From an uncultured Rubripirellula sp. (GTDB taxonomy: Bacteria > Planctomycetota > Planctomycetia > Pirellulales > Pirellulaceae): 64,000 nt of DNA. Position numbers and translations under genes: made by a program. Numbering within the stretch: the stretch's first letter is position 1; the number at the start of each line of letters is the position of its first letter. Under the pieces are notes generated by a model that was not told the origin of the DNA, ran no database searches, and was given only the letters and a program-made list of their open reading frames with translations. The stretch covers positions 78,676 through 142,675 of the forward strand of contig CALKGR010000003.1 of assembly GCA_938085445.1 (NCBI GenBank), in the 5' to 3' direction. This document shows positions 1-10,089 of the stretch, piece by piece.

Positions 1-2051
1 AATACAACGGTGCAGGTGGTCTAAAACTGTTTCTCTGGCCAGGCAGTGGCGTGTCCAATACCAAGCCCAAATGGGTGATCGCTGGTGAACTCGTCGAAAC
101 CTCTCGGCAGTTTGCCCGTACTGTTGCACGGATCGATCCCGCATGGATTGAGAAGATCGCTGGTCATCTGCTCAAACGCTCTCATCAGGATCCACACTGG
201 AGTACGAAATCCGGGGGCGCGTTTTGCTATGAAAACATGTTCTTGTTCGGACTACCCATCGTCACCCGACGCCGTGTTCCGTTGCCACCGCTGGATTCAG
301 TCACCGCCCGCACTCTGATGATTGAACACGGACTCGTTGAAAGACAGTTACGAACCACAGCAAAATTCGTCAGATATAACCAAGCCATGCTCGACGCGAT
401 CGAGAAACTGGCTGCAAAAACTCGGCGCCGAGATCTTGTCGTTGACAGCTATCAAATTGCCAAGTTCTACCAATCACAATTACCCGAAAATGTCTGTGAC
501 CGAGGTCGACTCGAAAAGCTTGACCGTGAAACCATCACACCACCATGGGCCAAAGGCCCTATCGAAACCAACTGGCTCACCCAATGGTTGGAAAGTACTG
601 CCCCGTCAACTGAATCCGGCGGTATTTACATGCGTCCGGTCGATGTGCTGGATCTAGCCTTTGAAACTCCGGGCGAAAATGAATTCCCCGACGTGCTCAC
701 CGTGGGCAATTCAAAACTACCTCTCGATTACCATTTCGAACCTGGTTCCGAACGAGACGGAGTCAGTATGACAGTCCATCAATCAGCCTTGTCGCAAATC
801 AGTGACGATCGGCTCGGTTGGTTAGTGCCGGGACTGCTTCAGCCAAAATTGATCAGCATGATCAAATCATTACCCAAACGTATTCGACGCAACCTTGTAC
901 CGGCCGCTGATGTGGCCAAAAAGATCGCTAACGAGTTGGAGCCAAATTACGGAAAAGTACCTTTCATGGAAACGGTCTGTGCTGCCATGTCGGAACATGC
1001 TGACACGCCCATTCGGGCAACCGATTTTCAAGCTGAAAAGATGGGTCAACAGTTCAATATGCTGGTTCAGGTTGTTGACGATGACGGTGAACTGATTGCT
1101 GAAAGCCGACAAGTCACCGAATTGCAGCAGCAATTTGATGACACACATTCATCGTCCAATGTGACACAAACAGATCCAGCAGATGAATCATGGGCCCGTA
1201 CCTCCATGACTGACTTTGAGATCGAAATGCTGCCAGTTGAGGTGATCCGGTTGCGAGGCGGTGTTCAAGTCGCACAGTATCCGGGATTGCGAATTCAGGG
1301 GGACAAGGTGGCAACTGATCTGTTTGCTGATCAAGCAACTGCCGAAGTAGCGATCTTGAACGGTGTCACAAAACTATACGCTTTAAGTGAACGCAAAGAA
1401 CTCCGCAACCAAGTGCGTTGGTTGCCAGATTTACAGGCAATCAAAGTCAAACTTTCAGGACTGCTTAAAGCTGATGATCTTGAAAATTCTCTCATTGATC
1501 TGGTAGCCAGAATTGCATTCGTGGAAAACATGCCGGTCGTGCGTACACATGATGAATTCAATTCACGTCGACAGGATCGGGGTCAGCGCATCGCCATTGC
1601 TACGCAAGATGTCGCAGCTTGGCTAGGTAATTTTGCTGAGCATACGTTCATCGTCCGGCGTGAGTTGGAAAACTCCCGGGGAAGTGAGCGAATGGCAAAT
1701 GTCAGCAGCGATGTGCAACAACAGATCGATTGGTTGATACACCCCAGGTTTCTTTCATGTACGCCGTGGGAATGGTTAAAACATTACCCGCGATACATGA
1801 AAGGCATCGCTTACCGCCTTGAAAAAGTAAAAAGCGGTGCTGCATCGCGAGACCGTAGTGCCACCGACACCATCACTGATCTGACACGACGTTGGCTAAT
1901 GATGATCCCTGAAAAAGAACAAAGCCCAGACCGTCAGGCAATGTCCGAATTTCGGTGGATGATCGAGGAATTGAGAGTTAGCATGTTTGCACAACCCCTG
2001 GGGACTTCTATCAAAATCTCACCGCAACGATGTGAAAAGTTGCTACGCTAA
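1..2051 (+). CDS. hrpA: ATP-dependent RNA helicase HrpA, C-terminal part (5' end outside window)
   Basis: PKWVIAGELVETSRQFARTVARIDPAWIE, LPLDYHFEPGSERDGVS and FRWMIEELRVSMFAQPLGT are HrpA OB-fold/DUF3418 motifs; the frame is open at the window edge. Confidence 0.93.
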   Translation, partial: YNGAGGLKLFLWPGSGVSNTKPKWVIAGELVETSRQFARTVARIDPAWIEKIAGHLLKRSHQDPHWSTKSGGAFCYENMFLFGLPIVTRRRVPLPPLDSVTARTLMIEHGLVERQLRTTAKFVRYNQAMLDAIEKLAAKTRRRDLVVDSYQIAKFYQSQLPENVCDRGRLEKLDRETITPPWAKGPIETNWLTQWLESTAPSTESGGIYMRPVDVLDLAFETPGENEFPDVLTVGNSKLPLDYHFEPGSERDGVSMTVHQSALSQISDDRLGWLVPGLLQPKLISMIKSLPKRIRRNLVPAADVAKKIANELEPNYGKVPFMETVCAAMSEHADTPIRATDFQAEKMGQQFNMLVQVVDDDGELIAESRQVTELQQQFDDTHSSSNVTQTDPADESWARTSMTDFEIEMLPVEVIRLRGGVQVAQYPGLRIQGDKVATDLFADQATAEVAILNGVTKLYALSERKELRNQVRWLPDLQAIKVKLSGLLKADDLENSLIDLVARIAFVENMPVVRTHDEFNSRRQDRGQRIAIATQDVAAWLGNFAEHTFIVRRELENSRGSERMANVSSDVQQQIDWLIHPRFLSCTPWEWLKHYPRYMKGIAYRLEKVKSGAASRDRSATDTITDLTRRWLMMIPEKEQSPDRQAMSEFRWMIEELRVSMFAQPLGTSIKISPQRCEKLLR

Positions 2052-2097
2052 GTTTAACAAGCGATTTTCACGCTCATCTGAAAAGTACGATTCTCCC

Positions 2098-3348
2098 ATG
2101 GTCCTTGAAGACCTAGAAAATGACGACCAGCCATCGAAAACCCGGTTGCTCCCGCCGCTAATGTCGTTGGTACTTCATGGCTTACTTGCCCTCATCTTGT
2201 GGTTGCTTGCTTTTGAAGGAAAACCTCGGGCCTCGATTCGTCTCACAGCTTCACTGAGCGCCCCCAGCAGCACAGTGTCCCTGAAATTACCTCAAACGGT
2301 CAAACCGGTTGACCCAGTCATCGTCGGCGGGGAAGAGCCTGCTAGATCAACTGATTCCACCATTTCAGATCTGCTATTGGAAGCTCTCTCAGACACCATG
2401 ATGGACGTCGCTGATCAGACAGATCTAAAAGAGGAAATCGAAGAAAATCAAGAATCAACTTCGATCGCTAACTTCTTCGGATCGGAAGCGATTGGTAGCA
2501 AATTTGTATTCGTCGTCGATATTTCATTAAGCATGGATGCACGTAACATGGCACGATATCGACGTGCCAAAGAAGAATTACTCCGATCAGTATCAGATCT
2601 GACTTCGGAACAGAGTTACACGGTACTTCTATTTTCCTGGCGGACCAAAACGATGCGGTACGATCGGCCACCTGCTTGGATAAAAGCTGAAAAGCATCAC
2701 GAGAACAGATTGAGTCGTTGGCTCGACGATGTCAAATTGAGTTCGGGGACTGATCCGAGGGATGCCTTATCGTTGGCGAAAATGATGCAACCTGACGCAA
2801 TTTTCTTGCTGTCAGATGGACAATTTAATTACCCCAATACACCGCTCACGGAAACGGGTTGGCTACTTACCAATGGAGAAAGATCACAACTGAGTGTCTC
2901 GGATGGAATTGCCACCTACATGTCATCGATTCCCATCCACAGCATCTCATTTGAAAATCCATTTACCAAGGATGCCATGGAACAGATTGCGAAACTCAGT
3001 GGCGGAATTTTTCGCTACGTCAAAACGGAGTCACTCATTCCGGTGGATTCACAACGCTTTCTTCATGTGGTCGGGCTGATTGAGGATACCTACCAGAACA
3101 CCTCTGAGCGAAGTTCAGAACTTCAACGTCGGATGTCTTTTGCACGCGATTTTATTGCCGATGGGGAATTCGCGTTCGCTGAGTACATTATCCGACCAGT
3201 TCGTGATGCAAACTCAGCGGACATTAATAATCCAATCCTACGTAAGATCCTGCTAAAGATTCTGGATGAAGAACTGGGTGATACGCGTTTGGAAGATCTG
3301 CCAATGACTTCGGATGTCGAGCAGTGGGTCCTTGACCACGACTCTTGA
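2098..3348 (+). CDS. Membrane-anchored vWA-domain protein
   Basis: SLVLHGLLALILWLL TM helix; FFG..KFVFVVDISLSM MIDAS-like motif, GTDP, AIFLLSDG; ATG at 2098 preferred. Confidence 0.8.
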   Translation: MVLEDLENDDQPSKTRLLPPLMSLVLHGLLALILWLLAFEGKPRASIRLTASLSAPSSTVSLKLPQTVKPVDPVIVGGEEPARSTDSTISDLLLEALSDTMMDVADQTDLKEEIEENQESTSIANFFGSEAIGSKFVFVVDISLSMDARNMARYRRAKEELLRSVSDLTSEQSYTVLLFSWRTKTMRYDRPPAWIKAEKHHENRLSRWLDDVKLSSGTDPRDALSLAKMMQPDAIFLLSDGQFNYPNTPLTETGWLLTNGERSQLSVSDGIATYMSSIPIHSISFENPFTKDAMEQIAKLSGGIFRYVKTESLIPVDSQRFLHVVGLIEDTYQNTSERSSELQRRMSFARDFIADGEFAFAEYIIRPVRDANSADINNPILRKILLKILDEELGDTRLEDLPMTSDVEQWVLDHDS

Positions 3349-3421
3349 GAACCGGCCAATTGGATCAAGACGCGTGTTACCAGCCGCCAGCGACCCCAAT
3401 TAATTTTGAAGGTGTGGCAGG

Positions 3422-3853
3422 CTAACCCAGCTCGTGATGCATTTTCCAATGAGGTATTCCCACCTCCATGAAACGGTTGCCCACCGTCTGGTAGCCCAAG
3501 CCCTGATAGAAAGCAACCGCCTCTTCGCGAGCATTCAATTCAATCTTTGGGAAGCCTCGTCGCTGTAGTGCTAACTCTATCTGGTGTATAAGACTGGAAC
3601 CGAGACCTTGTCGTTGATAGTTTTCGTGAACAGCCATCTGTCGTAGCTTAGCCAAATCAGCGGAAAGAGGAACGATGACAGCACAAGCTCGAACCTGCTC
3701 CTCATCCACCAGAGCGAAATGCAATTCTGATGACTCCGCTGCTAATTCCTCTGACGAGAATGCGAGCCCCAAAGGGGCTCGCAACAAACGATCACGCAGT
3801 TCAATTTCCTGGCTGTAGAGATTGCCATTCCAATCGATTTCAACAAATTCCAT
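3422..3853 (-). CDS. GNAT family N-acetyltransferase
   Basis: LRQMAVHENYQRQGLGSSL acetyl-CoA motif; AVAFYQGLGY...EVGIPHWKM. Confidence 0.9.
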   Translation of the reverse strand: MEFVEIDWNGNLYSQEIELRDRLLRAPLGLAFSSEELAAESSELHFALVDEEQVRACAVIVPLSADLAKLRQMAVHENYQRQGLGSSLIHQIELALQRRGFPKIELNAREEAVAFYQGLGYQTVGNRFMEVGIPHWKMHHELG

Positions 3854-3871
3854 CTGTTATGTTCCCAAAAG

Positions 3872-4144
3872 TCAATTTCCCAACCAAAAAATTCCAATCG
3901 CAGCCACAAGATTAATCACGACGCAGATACCAAACCTGATTCGGTAGGACTGCTTACGAGTCTTATGGCGAATTCGATTTCCTGTGATCCAAGCTCCCGG
4001 CCAACCACCCAACAGACACCACAAGAGCAACGTCCGTTCTGAAATACGACCGCGTTCGTGAACTGCCATTCTTTTGTCCCAAACATACAGTCCAGCTGTC
4101 ACGCAACTGCTCAGTGCGGTCCAAATTAATATTGTTTTCAGCAT
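3872..4144 (-). CDS. DUF1294 family small membrane protein
   Basis: YVWDKRMA...RISERTL..LLGGWPGA....RHKTRK signature. Confidence 0.88.
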   Translation of the reverse strand: MLKTILIWTALSSCVTAGLYVWDKRMAVHERGRISERTLLLWCLLGGWPGAWITGNRIRHKTRKQSYRIRFGICVVINLVAAIGIFWLGN

Positions 4145-4228
4145 ATTGGTCTGACATCCGATCTTCTCAGTATTTGCAACTATCATCTCTTTGCTCCGTT
4201 ATCGTTACCAGAATCAGGCTTTCTTTGC

Positions 4229-6139
4229 ATGTCGCATTTTCCGCTCGATCAAAATCCTGACCTTGATCCGTACTTTGATGAACTTGGGTACTGGTTAGAA
4301 CTCGAAGGGGAAGCCGAACGGGAGCGTATGGCTCGACGCCGAAAGATCCGATCCCAAACGCATGTAGAAAAGACAGGCGAAACGGTAATCGGACTTCAAA
4401 TGCAAGACCATCAAACTGGCTTGGCGGGTCGTTTGTTACTTGACTTCAGCAAACCGGGGGACCAAGGCCTTCCCATGAATCGCCTGAAGGTTGGCTCGCC
4501 TGTGGTGGTATCGGATAACGATAATCCTGCTGATAAGGGTGTCGCTGGTGTCGTCAGTCGCCGTAAACATCACACCATTCAGGTGGCGACCGATACGTGG
4601 CCCGAGGGCAAGCGGTACAGAATCGACTTGTCGCCCGATGAAACCACAAGGCGAAGACAATCAGCTGCAATGGCCAAAGCTCGACTCGCGACTGGCCGAC
4701 CCGCCAAACTACGGGATGTGCTGCTTGGAAAACGAGAAGCAAGATTTGCCGAAAGCAACACCGTCAAAAACTGCCTGACGACGCTCAATCCACCGCAGCT
4801 GGATGCTGTAGCCTTTGGACTTGCATCGAAAGATGTTGCTGTCATCCATGGACCACCCGGAACTGGAAAGACAACAACACTTGCCGAATTGATCTATCAA
4901 GCTGTTCAACATGGGCAGACTGTTCTGGCTTGTGCACCCAGTAACACCGCTGTCGATAACCTGCTGGAGAAGTTGGTTGCACGCATGCCGGCTGTTGTCA
5001 GGGTTGGACACCCGGCACGCGTCTTTGAGTCCCTGCGGGGACACACTTTGGACGAATTGGTAGACAACGATCCATCAACCGATGTTGTCCGAGATATGCG
5101 ACGCGAAGTTAAAGAATTGATTCGCATTGCGGAAAAAGGATTCCGCTCACGTGATGGACACCGACGAAGACGTGAATTATTTGCTGAAGCCGGCAAACTA
5201 CGGGGTCAGATTCGATCATTGGAAAAATCAGTGATCCAAAGCGTCATTGATTCCGCTGATGTCGTTTGCACAACCACCACCATCGACGATGAGCTCCTGA
5301 ACACTCGATCTTTCGACTTGGTTGTGATTGATGAAGCCTGCCAATGCACGGTACCAAGTGTCTGGCAGGCTGTTCTTCGGGCTGAGAAATTGATTCTCGC
5401 CGGTGACCACTGCCAACTACCACCCACCGTGTTAAGTGATCAGGCTGCTGCCCGAGGAATGAAAGATTCCCTGATGCAACGCCTGATCGAGCGCGACGGT
5501 GAATCCATCTATCGACAACTGACAGTTCAATACCGCATGCATGAATCCATCATGCAATTCTCCTCCGATACCTTTTACGACGGCAAACTCATTGCCGATG
5601 CGTCTATTCGAAAGCACCGACTCTGTGACCTGCCTGATGTGGTCGAAAAACCACTAACGGATTCACCACTCGAATTCATTGATACGGCAGGTGCTGAATA
5701 CGAGGAACAGCTCGAACCCGATGGCGAAAGCAAGCTGAATCCAAAAGAAGCTGACCTTGTCATTCAACTGATCGGAGACCTTATCGAAGCAGGCGTCTCG
5801 CCAGAAGAAATGGGTATCATCGCGCCTTATGCTGCCCAAGTCCGGTTGCTAAGAGGCAAGCTAAATGTGATTGGCTTGGAAATTGATACTGTTGATGGTT
5901 TTCAAGGACGGGAGAAGGAGGTCATCATCGTCACGATGGTCCGAAGTAATCACCATCGCGAAATCGGATTTCTGGCGGATACTAGACGAACCAATGTCGC
6001 CCTCACGCGAGCCCGACGGAAGCTGATTGTTATCGGTGATAGTGCTACTTTGGCTTCCCATCCATTCTATGCCGATATGATCGAACACTTTGAAACACGA
6101 AACGCTTACCGCTCCGTGTGGGAATTCGGGATCCTATGA
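4229..6139 (+). CDS. Superfamily I helicase, IGHMBP2/DNA2-NAM7 type
   Basis: HGPPGTGKTT, APSNTAVDNL, IDEACQ, GDHCQLPPT, QYRMH, TVDGFQGREKE, NVALTRAR. Confidence 0.93.
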   Translation: MSHFPLDQNPDLDPYFDELGYWLELEGEAERERMARRRKIRSQTHVEKTGETVIGLQMQDHQTGLAGRLLLDFSKPGDQGLPMNRLKVGSPVVVSDNDNPADKGVAGVVSRRKHHTIQVATDTWPEGKRYRIDLSPDETTRRRQSAAMAKARLATGRPAKLRDVLLGKREARFAESNTVKNCLTTLNPPQLDAVAFGLASKDVAVIHGPPGTGKTTTLAELIYQAVQHGQTVLACAPSNTAVDNLLEKLVARMPAVVRVGHPARVFESLRGHTLDELVDNDPSTDVVRDMRREVKELIRIAEKGFRSRDGHRRRRELFAEAGKLRGQIRSLEKSVIQSVIDSADVVCTTTTIDDELLNTRSFDLVVIDEACQCTVPSVWQAVLRAEKLILAGDHCQLPPTVLSDQAAARGMKDSLMQRLIERDGESIYRQLTVQYRMHESIMQFSSDTFYDGKLIADASIRKHRLCDLPDVVEKPLTDSPLEFIDTAGAEYEEQLEPDGESKLNPKEADLVIQLIGDLIEAGVSPEEMGIIAPYAAQVRLLRGKLNVIGLEIDTVDGFQGREKEVIIVTMVRSNHHREIGFLADTRRTNVALTRARRKLIVIGDSATLASHPFYADMIEHFETRNAYRSVWEFGIL

Positions 6140-6254
6140 TCGACCAAAGGCTGTGTCGTGATCTGCTGTCCACGGATAAAAATTAGATTCGATGCCTCAT
6201 CAAATCACCAAATCACCTTGATTTTATGTCGTTGCTGGGCGTAAAGAGTGATCT

Positions 6255-6842
6255 ATGGAAGCGAAATACTATGCAACGTGTTTTTGGCCGGGACTGGCCG
6301 AACTGTGGTGGCGTGGGCGGTTATCTGCCCTGCCCGCCGCATTTGCATTCACCTTGGTCGTGAACCTTATACTCGTCGCGCGATACCTGTATCCCGGATG
6401 GATTCATAGCGGTTTGGTGTCTTTAGCCTTCTGGGGTGGGCTGATCACGCTGTTTTTTTACATCATTCGCACCGCTCGAGAATTACCAACCTTTATCAAC
6501 CCACGCGAAACGTCGGAAGAACCCGATCAATTCCCTGATGCGAGAATTGCGTATCTCAGCGGTCAATGGGAAGAGGCCGAAGGTTTATTGACCGATGTGC
6601 TAGCAATAGAGCCGAGAGATCCTCCCGCGTTGCTCCTTTTGACCGGCGTCTACCGTCACACGGGTCGTTTGGAAGCTGCTGAAGTATTACTACGAGAATT
6701 ATCCCGACTGGAAGTGGCTGACGCTTGGTTACTGGAGATTGAGGCCGAATCCAAGCGTTTGGCACGAGCCGTCGAAGCTGAAAACGAAGCCGAACAAACT
6801 GACACAAAAAACCATGTGTCCGAGCTAAATGATGCTGCCTAA
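6255..6842 (+). CDS. Membrane protein with C-terminal TPR
   Basis: Two TM helices, then YLSGQWEEAEGLL..EPRDPPALLLL TPR-like helices. Confidence 0.7.
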   Translation: MEAKYYATCFWPGLAELWWRGRLSALPAAFAFTLVVNLILVARYLYPGWIHSGLVSLAFWGGLITLFFYIIRTARELPTFINPRETSEEPDQFPDARIAYLSGQWEEAEGLLTDVLAIEPRDPPALLLLTGVYRHTGRLEAAEVLLRELSRLEVADAWLLEIEAESKRLARAVEAENEAEQTDTKNHVSELNDAA

Positions 6843-7074
6843 ATGACAGAAGAACAGATGACAACGATTTGCGCTTGCCGCTGGAAAACAATGAGCCGTA
6901 AGCAAAAAAGTTTGATTTTAGACCGATAACGTTGCTTTTCGGGAAATCGCAGCTGAAAGCTCCTATCCCCGCTTTTTACCGTAACCGATAGAATCACGCT
7001 AAGCTGGCTCGAACACCACTACCGTAGCTATCTCGGATTCTGATGAAAAAACAGAATGCCGTAATCCAGGAAAG

Positions 7075-7090
7075 TGGCGTACGGTTTGCT
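7075..7090 (+). promoter_or_regulatory. Putative sigma-54 (-24/-12) promoter upstream of clpC
   Basis: TGGCGTACGGTTTGCT has the GG-N10-GC spacing of the consensus TGGCACG-N4-TTGCW. Confidence 0.5.
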
Positions 7091-7278
7091 ACTACACGTG
7101 TAAGAAACGACAAATTCGCCAATTTGACAGCACCCACCCCTGATTTTCATCGCAGAGCTGATTGAACCGTTCAATTGGTCCTCTGAGACATTAGTTCGTG
7201 GGGTACAGACAATCGACCTGCCGCGGAGTCACCCGCTCCCGACTGCGTCGGATAAGACAAGGGTTATAGAGACAACAT

Positions 7279-9921
7279 ATGTACGAAAGATTTACAGACC
7301 GCGCCCGTAAGGTTATGCAGCTGGCTAATCAGGAGGCTCAGCGTTTCAACCACGAGTACATCGGCACGGAGCACATTCTGCTTGGCTTGGTCAAGGAAGG
7401 AAGCGGAGTTGCTGCAAATGTTCTGAAGAACCTCGAGGTCGACCTTCGAAAGATCCGCTTGGAGGTCGAAAAATTGGTTCAAAGTGGTCCTGAAATGGTC
7501 ACGGTTGGGAAACTGCCACAAACACCACGGGCGAAGAAGGTCATCGAGTATTCGATGGAGGAAGCCCGTAACTTGAATCACAGTTATGTGGGAACTGAGC
7601 ATATTCTGCTCGGTTTGCTGAGAGAGCAAGAGGGTGTCGCTGCACAGGTTCTGATGAACTTGGGGCTCAAACTGGAAGACGTCCGCGAAGAAGTCTTGAA
7701 CTTGCTTGGACACGGCTTGGAAGGTGCTGAGGTTGGCGAACGTGGTGGACGCGGTAGTGAGAGTGAAAGCCCGACCAGCTCTGGAAAGAGCGGGAAGAGC
7801 AAAACTCCCGCCTTGGACAGCTTTGGCCGAGACCTGACAGAATTGGCAAAGAAGGGTGAACTGGATCCCGTCATTGGTCGTGCTCGGGAAATCGAGCGTG
7901 CCATCCAAATCCTCTGTCGAAGGACAAAAAACAATCCCGTTCTGCTCGGAGAAGCAGGTGTTGGCAAAACAGCCATCGTTGAGGGATTCGCACAGCGAGT
8001 CATCGAAGGCGAAGTACCGGAGATTCTGGCCGAGAAGCGGATTGTTGTGCTGGACTTGGCGATGATGGTTGCTGGAACGAAGTACCGCGGCCAATTCGAA
8101 GAACGCATCAAAGCAGTGATGACCGAAGTGCGACGTGTTAAGAACACGATTCTCTTCATCGACGAACTTCACACGCTCGTTGGAGCTGGCGGAGCAGAAG
8201 GTGCAATTGATGCTGCCAACGTACTGAAGCCAGCTCTTGCCCGTGGTGAAATTCAGTGCATCGGTGCCACCACCCTGGATGAGTATCGAAAATACATCGA
8301 AAAAGACAATGCTCTGGCTCGTCGTTTTCAGGAGATCATCGTAGAACCGACCGCAAAAGATGAGACCATTGAAATCCTCAAAGGTCTACGAGGACGATAT
8401 GAAGAGCATCATCGTGTCCAATTCACTGACGATGCCGTCGTTGCCGCCGTTGAAATGAGCGAAAGATACATCACAGCCCGATGCCTTCCGGATAAAGCTA
8501 TCGACGTCATTGATGAAGCCGGCGCCAGAGTTCGTCTGCGAACCATGACACGTCCACCAGATTTGAAGGAGATCGACGAGGAAGTCGAGAAACTGAACAA
8601 GGAAAAAGAGGATGCTGTCGCGAACCAGGACTTCGAGAAAGCTGCCAATCTGAGGGATCAAGCCGAAAAGCTGCGAAAGAAGAAGGATCAGATCACGCAG
8701 GAATGGCGCGATAAAAGCCAACAGACTGATGGAGTCGTTGATGAAGAAATCATCGCTGAAGTCGTCAGCAAAATGACTGGGATTCCATTGACGCGATTGT
8801 CTACCGAAGACAGCCTGCGTTTGATGCAAATGGAAGAAGAACTTCACAAACGTGTGGTCAGTCAGGATGCCGCTGTGACTGCTGTCTCTAAGGCCGTCCG
8901 AAGAAGCCGCAGTGGTTTGAAAGATCCTCGGAGACCTACTGGTTCATTCATTTTTGCCGGTCCCACCGGTGTTGGTAAAACTCTGCTCGCGAAAGCACTG
9001 GCCGAATACATGTTCGGTGACTCCGATGCGCTGGTTCATATCGACATGAGTGAGTACATGGAAAAGCACAATGTCAGCCGCTTGATTGGCGCACCTCCCG
9101 GATTCGTCGGTTACGAAGAGGGTGGCCAACTGACCGAGAAAATCCGTCGGCGTCCCTATGCAGTTGTTCTGTTCGATGAGATCGAGAAAGCACATCCCGA
9201 TGTCTTCAACATGATGCTGCAAGTGATGGAAGAAGGACGGCTGACTGATTCGTTTGGTAGGAACGTCGACTTCCGCAACACCATCCTGATCATGACAACC
9301 AACGCCGGTGCTGAAGCGATCAAGAATGAATCAGCATTTGGCTTTCAAAAACCAGATGGTGATGCCAGTTACGATTCCATGAAGCAGCGTGTGATGGACC
9401 AAATCGAACGAGTATTCCGTCCGGAATTCCTCAACCGACTTGATGACACCATCATCTTCCGCCATCTCACTAAGGATGACCTCAAGAACGTGATCGACTA
9501 CGAACTTGCGAAGGTACGTGAACGATTACTGGATCGCGGATTGTCAATCGAGCTGACCGATGAAGCCAAAGAGTTCCTGGTCACGAAGGGAAGCAATCTC
9601 GATTATGGTGCTCGCCCACTCCGCAGAGCGTTGGAACAGCGAATTGAAGATCCACTGAGTGAAGAGCTGTTACGTGGTGCTTTTGAGGGTAAAGACACCA
9701 TTATCGTCACCGGTATTCTGGAAAACTCCGATGGTGATCGGGTCGAATCCAAAGATGTCACCACCAATGAAGATGGCAAGATGCTGGACGCCGATGGAAA
9801 ACGAGTCAAAATTATTCGACTCGAGTTCAATGGCGAGAACCGTGGATTGGCCGATACTGCCGAACCAGTCAGCGCCGGCGTTGCAGAGGGTGATGAAGCT
9901 GAAACGAATGGCGACAGCTGA
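7279..9921 (+). CDS. clpC: ATP-dependent Clp protease ATP-binding subunit ClpC
   Basis: MYERFTDRARKV Clp-N repeats, GEAGVGKT, UVR-type middle domain (QDFEKAANLRD), GPTGVGKT, GARPLRR. Confidence 0.96.
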   Translation: MYERFTDRARKVMQLANQEAQRFNHEYIGTEHILLGLVKEGSGVAANVLKNLEVDLRKIRLEVEKLVQSGPEMVTVGKLPQTPRAKKVIEYSMEEARNLNHSYVGTEHILLGLLREQEGVAAQVLMNLGLKLEDVREEVLNLLGHGLEGAEVGERGGRGSESESPTSSGKSGKSKTPALDSFGRDLTELAKKGELDPVIGRAREIERAIQILCRRTKNNPVLLGEAGVGKTAIVEGFAQRVIEGEVPEILAEKRIVVLDLAMMVAGTKYRGQFEERIKAVMTEVRRVKNTILFIDELHTLVGAGGAEGAIDAANVLKPALARGEIQCIGATTLDEYRKYIEKDNALARRFQEIIVEPTAKDETIEILKGLRGRYEEHHRVQFTDDAVVAAVEMSERYITARCLPDKAIDVIDEAGARVRLRTMTRPPDLKEIDEEVEKLNKEKEDAVANQDFEKAANLRDQAEKLRKKKDQITQEWRDKSQQTDGVVDEEIIAEVVSKMTGIPLTRLSTEDSLRLMQMEEELHKRVVSQDAAVTAVSKAVRRSRSGLKDPRRPTGSFIFAGPTGVGKTLLAKALAEYMFGDSDALVHIDMSEYMEKHNVSRLIGAPPGFVGYEEGGQLTEKIRRRPYAVVLFDEIEKAHPDVFNMMLQVMEEGRLTDSFGRNVDFRNTILIMTTNAGAEAIKNESAFGFQKPDGDASYDSMKQRVMDQIERVFRPEFLNRLDDTIIFRHLTKDDLKNVIDYELAKVRERLLDRGLSIELTDEAKEFLVTKGSNLDYGARPLRRALEQRIEDPLSEELLRGAFEGKDTIIVTGILENSDGDRVESKDVTTNEDGKMLDADGKRVKIIRLEFNGENRGLADTAEPVSAGVAEGDEAETNGDS

Positions 9922-9947
9922 TCACTGACTAACCTTGAAATTTTTCT

Positions 9948-9978
9948 AAGCGGCGAATTACCATTCGCCGCTTTTTTT
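9948..9978 (+). terminator. Rho-independent terminator after clpC
   Basis: AAGCGGCGAAT-tacc-ATTCGCCGCTT hairpin followed by a T run. Confidence 0.85.
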
Positions 9979-10089
9979 GTGCCCTTTAAGAAACACCTGC
10001 GAAGTCCCTCTGTGTCAGCGAGTCTGCCCCGAAAACACTTTCTTCATGTAGAAGATCACAGTCAACATTCAAACTGTCATACGACCGAT

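Noticed and set aside
7264..8172. 302-aa antisense ORF
   Set aside because: Lies opposite the highly conserved clpC; typical shadow
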